Source: Elusimicrobiota bacterium (GTDB lineage: Bacteria > Elusimicrobiota > Elusimicrobia > UBA1565). Taken from it: 64,000 nt of DNA. A program made the translations under genes and the position numbers. Position 1 is the first letter of the stretch. Each line of letters begins with the position of its first letter. Location of the stretch: positions 37,516 to 101,515 of the forward strand of contig JACPXC010000005.1 in assembly GCA_016196755.1 (NCBI GenBank), in the 5' to 3' direction. Below are positions 59,321 through 64,000 of the stretch, one piece after another. Under the pieces are notes generated by a model. It was not told where the DNA came from. It did no database searches and saw only the letters and a list, made by a program, of their open reading frames with translations.

Positions 59321-59482
59321 TTGCTTCCTCCTTGGAACGACAGCCGCAGTCTACCAAGGCCTCGTTTGCGCCCTAGCGACGGACCTGTCAGCCTCCGCGC
59401 CCCGAGCGCGTCGGAAAAGAGTCACAACGGCGCCATTTCAAGGACGCGTCCGGCGTGGTAGCTTGAAGGTGGAGGCCACCCC

Positions 59483-60781
59483 ATGTCCGATTCCTCCCGG
59501 CGGAACGGCGACGGCGCCGTGCTCGTCATCGGGGCCGGCGCGGCGGGTCTGGCCGCGGCCCAGGCGCTTACGCGCGAGGGGCTGCGGGTCACGGTCCTCG
59601 AGGCGAGGGACCGGGTAGGGGGACGCGTCGCCACCGCGCGTTTCCCGGGGCTGGCCGTCCCGGTCGAGCTCGGCGCGGAGTTCGTCCATGGGCGCCCCAA
59701 GGCCCTCGTCGAGCCGGCGCGCCGGCTCAGGCTGCGCCTGCGCCAGATCCCCCAGACCGTCTACGTCCGCGACGGCGCGGCATGGGTCCGGGACGATGGC
59801 CATTGGGAGCCGCTCGACAAGCTCTTCTCTCGCCTGCGCTCGGCGGGCCCCGACCGCAGCGTGGGGGCTTTCCTCGCGGCGCATTCGAAGACCGAGCGCG
59901 GGCTGGAGGGCGCCGCCCTGGCGCGGGCCTTCATCGAGGGCTTCCACGGGGCGGACCCGGAGGACATGTCGGAGCTGGGCCTGGCCGCCCTCTTCAAGGA
60001 CGCCGGCACGGCGATGGAGGCGAGCTTCCTCATAGAAGAAGGCTACTCGGCGCTGCTCCGCGCCTGGACGCCGCGCGTGGCGCTGAGCGTCCCGGTCCGC
60101 GAGCTGCGCTGGGCGCCCGGGCGGGTAGAGGTCGATACCGCCGGCCCCCGGGGCCTCCGCCTTTTCCGCGGGGCCGCCGCGGTGGTCGCCGTTCCGCTGG
60201 GAGTCCTCAAGGTCCCGCCCGGCGAGCCCGGAGCGCTGCGCTTCAGCCCGCCGTTGCGGGAGCTTGAAAAAGCCGCCGGCCTCCTGGAGATGGGCTCGGC
60301 CGTCCGCGTCACCCTGCTGTTCCGCCGCGCCTTCTGGCCGCCCGACGCCTCCTTCCTCATCGGGGAGGGGCCGAGCTTCCCGGTCTGGTGGACGCGCACG
60401 CGCGCTCCGATGATCACGGGTTGGACCGGCGGGCCCGCCGCCCGGGAGCTCTCGCGAGGCGGCGATAGGGCCGTCCTCGAGGCCGCGATGGCGGCCTTGG
60501 CGAGGCTCTGCGGCCTGCCGCCGGAGGCCGTCTCCGACGCGCTCGAGGACAGCCGCTTCCACGATTGGAACTCGGACCCCTTCTGCAGGGGGGCCTACAG
60601 CTACGCCGCGGTCGGCGGCGCGGGAGCCCACGCCGCCTTGGGGCGCCCGGAGTCCGACACGCTCTTCTTCGCCGGGGAAGCCACCGACGCCTCCGGCCAG
60701 AACGGCACGGTGGCGGGGGCTATCGCCAGCGGCGAGCGGGCGGCCCGCCAGCTGCTTTCGAGGCGGACGGCGGCGGCATGA
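59483..60781 (+). CDS. Flavin-containing amine oxidase family oxidoreductase
   Basis: Dinucleotide-binding motif [14 protein letters not shown]...[10 protein letters not shown] and C-terminal FAGEAT motif. Confidence 0.8.
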   Translation: MSDSSRRNGDGAVLVIGAGAAGLAAAQALTREGLRVTVLEARDRVGGRVATARFPGLAVPVELGAEFVHGRPKALVEPARRLRLRLRQIPQTVYVRDGAAWVRDDGHWEPLDKLFSRLRSAGPDRSVGAFLAAHSKTERGLEGAALARAFIEGFHGADPEDMSELGLAALFKDAGTAMEASFLIEEGYSALLRAWTPRVALSVPVRELRWAPGRVEVDTAGPRGLRLFRGAAAVVAVPLGVLKVPPGEPGALRFSPPLRELEKAAGLLEMGSAVRVTLLFRRAFWPPDASFLIGEGPSFPVWWTRTRAPMITGWTGGPAARELSRGGDRAVLEAAMAALARLCGLPPEAVSDALEDSRFHDWNSDPFCRGAYSYAAVGGAGAHAALGRPESDTLFFAGEATDASGQNGTVAGAIASGERAARQLLSRRTAAA

Positions 60782-61680
60782 AGACCAGGAAGCGCTCCGG
60801 TTCGCGTCCCCGCCGCGGGGCCCGCCCGCGCGGCAGGCCGCCTGCGGCGCGCCGCCGCGGCGGGGCCGCGTCTTCCGCGCCGCGCCGCGCGCCGCGCGGC
60901 CAGATCTGGAAGGGCAGCATCGGCTTCGGGCTGGTCAGCATCCCGGTGACCCTGCAGTCCGGAGAGAACCGCCGGGAGCTCGGGTTCACGATGCTCGACC
61001 GGCGCAACCTCTCGCCGGTCGGCTACCGCAAGGTAAATAAGAGCACAGGCGAGGAGGTCCCCGCCCGCGAGGTGGTCAAAGGCCTCGAGGTTGGGCAGGA
61101 CCGCTACGTCGTCGTCGAGGAGGCCGACCTGCGCCGGGCCAGCCCGGAGCGCTCTCAGCGCATCGAGATAAAGGCCTTCATAGAGGAAGGGAGCATCCCG
61201 CCGGCCTATTTCGACCGTCCCTACTATCTCGAGCCCTCGCCCAAGAGCGAGAAGCCTTACGCCCTGCTGCGGGACGCGATGAAGCGGCTCGGGAAGGTCG
61301 CCGTGGCCACGGTGGTCCTGCGCGCCAAGCAGCACCTGGCGGCGGTCATCCCGTCGGGCCGCGTCCTGGCCCTCGAGCTCCTGCGCTATCCCGACGAGCT
61401 GCGCGACCCCGACGACATCCATGCGCCGCCGGAGGACCCCGGACGCCTGAAGCTCAGCGGCGCCGAGCTCGACATGGCCCGCCAGCTCGTGTCGCAGATG
61501 AGCCGGCCGTGGCGGCCCGAGGAGTTCAAGGACGAGTACGCGGAGGAACTGCGGGCGTTCATCGAGCGCAAAGCGCGGGCCGGCGGGATCGAGCGCGGGG
61601 CGGCGCCGGCCGAACCGGCCGATGCGGCGCCCGACGCCGACATCATGAGCCTGCTAAAGAAGAGCCTGGAGAAGGGCTAG
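60778..61680 (+). CDS. ku: Ku protein (NHEJ DNA end-binding)
   Basis: Ku core ([15 protein letters not shown]..., [10 protein letters not shown]) with a Lys/Arg-rich N-terminus. ATGA overlap with the upstream stop. Confidence 0.85.
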   Translation: MKTRKRSGSRPRRGARPRGRPPAARRRGGAASSAPRRAPRGQIWKGSIGFGLVSIPVTLQSGENRRELGFTMLDRRNLSPVGYRKVNKSTGEEVPAREVVKGLEVGQDRYVVVEEADLRRASPERSQRIEIKAFIEEGSIPPAYFDRPYYLEPSPKSEKPYALLRDAMKRLGKVAVATVVLRAKQHLAAVIPSGRVLALELLRYPDELRDPDDIHAPPEDPGRLKLSGAELDMARQLVSQMSRPWRPEEFKDEYAEELRAFIERKARAGGIERGAAPAEPADAAPDADIMSLLKKSLEKG

Positions 61681-61681
61681 G

Positions 61682-63964
61682 ATGGGCCCCCGAGCCCTGA
61701 GCGCCTACAGGCGCAAGCGCGACTTCGCGCGCACGCCCGAGCCGCGGGGTCGGCGCGGCCCGCGGCGAGGCCGTCTTTCTTTCTTCATCCAGCGCCATGC
61801 GGCGCGGCGGCTCCATTACGACTTCCGGCTCGAGTGGGGCGGGGTGCTCAAGAGTTGGGCGGTGCCTAAGGGTCCCTCGCGCGACCCTTCCCGGCGCCGC
61901 CTGGCCGTCCACGTCGAGGACCATCCGATCGGCTACGGGACCTTCGAGGGCGAGATTCCCAAGGGGCAATATGGGGCCGGGACCGTCCAGCTTTGGGACT
62001 TGGGGCGCTGGCTGCCCGAGGGCGACCCGGAGGAAGGGTTCCGCCTCGGCCGCCTCCACTTCCGCCTCGAGGGGCGCAAGCTCCGCGGACGCTGGACGCT
62101 GGCGCGCATGAACGGCCGCGGAGACGGCGGCAAGGAGAACTGGCTGCTGATCAAGTCGCGCGACGAGGCCGCGCGCCCCGACGGACTCGAGCCTCAACTG
62201 GCGACGCTGGCGGCGGAGGTCCCTCAGGGCGACGAGTGGGTCCACGAGCTCAAGCTCGACGGCTATCGCGTGCTGGCGCGCGTGGAAGGCGGCCGTGCGC
62301 GGCTGTTCACGCGCCGCGGGCTCGACTGGACCGAGCGCTTCTCGGCTCTGGCGGCAGCCTTGGGCGGCCTGTCGGCCCGGACAGCCTCCCTCGACGGGGA
62401 GGTCGTGGCGCTCGACGAGAAGGGCCGGACGAGCTTCTCCTCCCTACAGCGGGCCTTGAGCGAGGGCGCCGGCGACAGGCTGCGCTACTTCGCGTTCGAC
62501 CTTCTCGAGCTCGACGGCGCGGACCTCCGCGAGAGGCCGCTGCTCGAGCGCAAGGCGGCGCTTTCGCGCCTCCTCAACAGCGGGAGCGCGCGGGTGAGTT
62601 ACAGCCAGCACCTCGAGGGAAAGGGGCGTGCGCTGTTCAGGCACGCCTGCAGGCTGGCGCTGGAGGGCCTCGTGTCCAAGCGCAAGGACGCGCCCTACCG
62701 CCCCGGCCGAGGACGGGACTGGCTCAAGATCAAATGCCATAGCGACCAGGAGCTCGTCATCGCCGGCTTCACCGAGCCGACCGGCGCGCGCTCCGGTCTC
62801 GGCGCCCTGGTGCTGGGCGTCAACGACGGCGGCGGCCTGCGGCACGCGGGGCGCGTGGGTACGGGGTTCGACGCGGGGACGCTGCGCGACCTGCGCCGCC
62901 GCCTGGAGGCGCTCGAGACCGGGAAAAGCCCGTTCGCCGAGCCTCCCGGGGGACGCGGGGTGCATTGGGTGCGGCCGAAGCTGGTCGCCCAGGTGGCGTT
63001 CCGGGGCTGGACCGCGGAAGGGTTGGTCCGGCAGGCCTCGTTCAAGGGCCTGCGCGAGGATAAGCCCGCCGCCGAGGTGACCCGGGAGGGCGCCGCGCCT
63101 CGCGTCAGCAACCCGGGACGGGTGCTGTTCCCTGAGTCGGGGCTTACCAAAGGCGAGCTCTTCGCCTGGTACGAGCTCGCGGCTCCGCGGATGCTGCCGC
63201 ATCTGGCGCGGCGGCCGCTGATGCTCTTGCGCTGCCCGTCGGGCCGGGGTCGCTGCTTCTACCAGAAGCACGCCGAGGGAGCCTTCCCGGAGGCCGTGCG
63301 CGAGGTCGACATCCGCGAGAAGGACGGCTCGAGCGGCCGCTACTTCTACGTGGACGACGCGGCCGGCCTCCTGGCCCTGGCGCAGTTGGGGACGATCGAG
63401 CTGCACCCGTGGGGCGCCCTGGCGTCCGATGTCGAACGGCCGGAGCGCCTTATCATCGACCTCGACCCCGCGCCGGGCCTGCCGTGGCCCGCGATGGTGC
63501 GCGCGGCCGGCGAGGTGCGGCGCGGGCTCGAAGTCCTCGGCCTGCGGAGCTTCCTTAAGACGACGGGGGGGAAGGGCCTGCACATCGTGGCGCCGCTGGT
63601 CCCGGGCGCGACCTGGCCCGAGGTGAAGCGCTTCGCCAGCTCCTTCGCGGCCGGGCTGGCGCGGGCCAAGCCGGAGTCCTATACCGACAAGCCGGCCAAG
63701 TCGGCGCGGCGGGGACGCATCTTCGTCGACTATCTGCGCAACGAGCGCGGGGCCACGGCCGTCGCTCCCTATTCAGTCCGCGCCCTGTCGGGGGCGCCGG
63801 TGTCGATGCCGATCTCTTGGGGCGAGCTGACGCCGTCGTTGCGCTCGGACCATTTCCACTTGCGCGACGCCGCCTCGCGCCTGAAGGGCACGGACCCCTG
63901 GGCCGGCTTCGAGCGCGGGCGCCGGCTTCTGCCTAGAACATCTGGATCGGGTCGGTCCTCCTGA
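61682..63964 (+). CDS. ligD: ATP-dependent DNA ligase LigD (phosphoesterase - ligase - polymerase domains)
   Basis: PE domain (HYDFRLEW, VEDHP). Adenylation motif KLDGYR. Pol/primase domain (KTTGGKGLH, IFVDYLRN). Confidence 0.85.
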   Translation: MGPRALSAYRRKRDFARTPEPRGRRGPRRGRLSFFIQRHAARRLHYDFRLEWGGVLKSWAVPKGPSRDPSRRRLAVHVEDHPIGYGTFEGEIPKGQYGAGTVQLWDLGRWLPEGDPEEGFRLGRLHFRLEGRKLRGRWTLARMNGRGDGGKENWLLIKSRDEAARPDGLEPQLATLAAEVPQGDEWVHELKLDGYRVLARVEGGRARLFTRRGLDWTERFSALAAALGGLSARTASLDGEVVALDEKGRTSFSSLQRALSEGAGDRLRYFAFDLLELDGADLRERPLLERKAALSRLLNSGSARVSYSQHLEGKGRALFRHACRLALEGLVSKRKDAPYRPGRGRDWLKIKCHSDQELVIAGFTEPTGARSGLGALVLGVNDGGGLRHAGRVGTGFDAGTLRDLRRRLEALETGKSPFAEPPGGRGVHWVRPKLVAQVAFRGWTAEGLVRQASFKGLREDKPAAEVTREGAAPRVSNPGRVLFPESGLTKGELFAWYELAAPRMLPHLARRPLMLLRCPSGRGRCFYQKHAEGAFPEAVREVDIREKDGSSGRYFYVDDAAGLLALAQLGTIELHPWGALASDVERPERLIIDLDPAPGLPWPAMVRAAGEVRRGLEVLGLRSFLKTTGGKGLHIVAPLVPGATWPEVKRFASSFAAGLARAKPESYTDKPAKSARRGRIFVDYLRNERGATAVAPYSVRALSGAPVSMPISWGELTPSLRSDHFHLRDAASRLKGTDPWAGFERGRRLLPRTSGSGRSS

Positions 63965-64000
63965 TGCCCTGGAGGCGCTGCTGGAGGGCCTTGGTCTGGA

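Overview
This is a high-GC (~70%) bacterial chromosomal window with about 50 genes. The left third mixes metabolism and nitrogen/amine scavenging genes: an ADP-ribosylglycohydrolase, a GS-like/Fe-ADH/ALDH operon, Amt, an amidohydrolase, an OPT transporter, ALDH and GabT. It also carries a small low-GC islet with a DUF433/DUF5615 toxin-antitoxin remnant and a duplicated doxX 3' fragment, then the diderm markers lpxL-lpxD and a RelE/RHH TA pair. The centre (about 24.1-51.3 kb) is one co-directional gene string. It starts with a ~6,560-aa cell-surface protein (signal peptide, four Gly-rich beta-helix-like modules, dozens of FN3 domains, a tandem ~3.5-kb super-repeat, thirteen Ca-loop beta-sandwich repeats and a T9SS type-A-like C-terminal sorting domain). 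It continues with a PorV-like outer-membrane beta-barrel carrying a C-terminal TPR tail, a periplasmic-domain/TM/FliG-like fusion protein, MotA, MotB, a coiled-coil protein and a sensor histidine kinase. I read this as a candidate, undescribed MotAB/FliG-type motor coupled to a SprB-sized T9SS adhesin. The right end carries aqpZ-arsC-arsR (arsR frameshifted in a poly-G run), an ABC-F ATPase lacking a canonical start, a Rieske oxygenase, a NUDIX-RsmH fusion next to rsmE, a peroxiredoxin, a VOC protein, an amine oxidase and Ku-LigD (NHEJ). I found no rRNA, tRNA, CRISPR array or transposase. Many long ORFs on the opposite strand are GC-bias artefacts.
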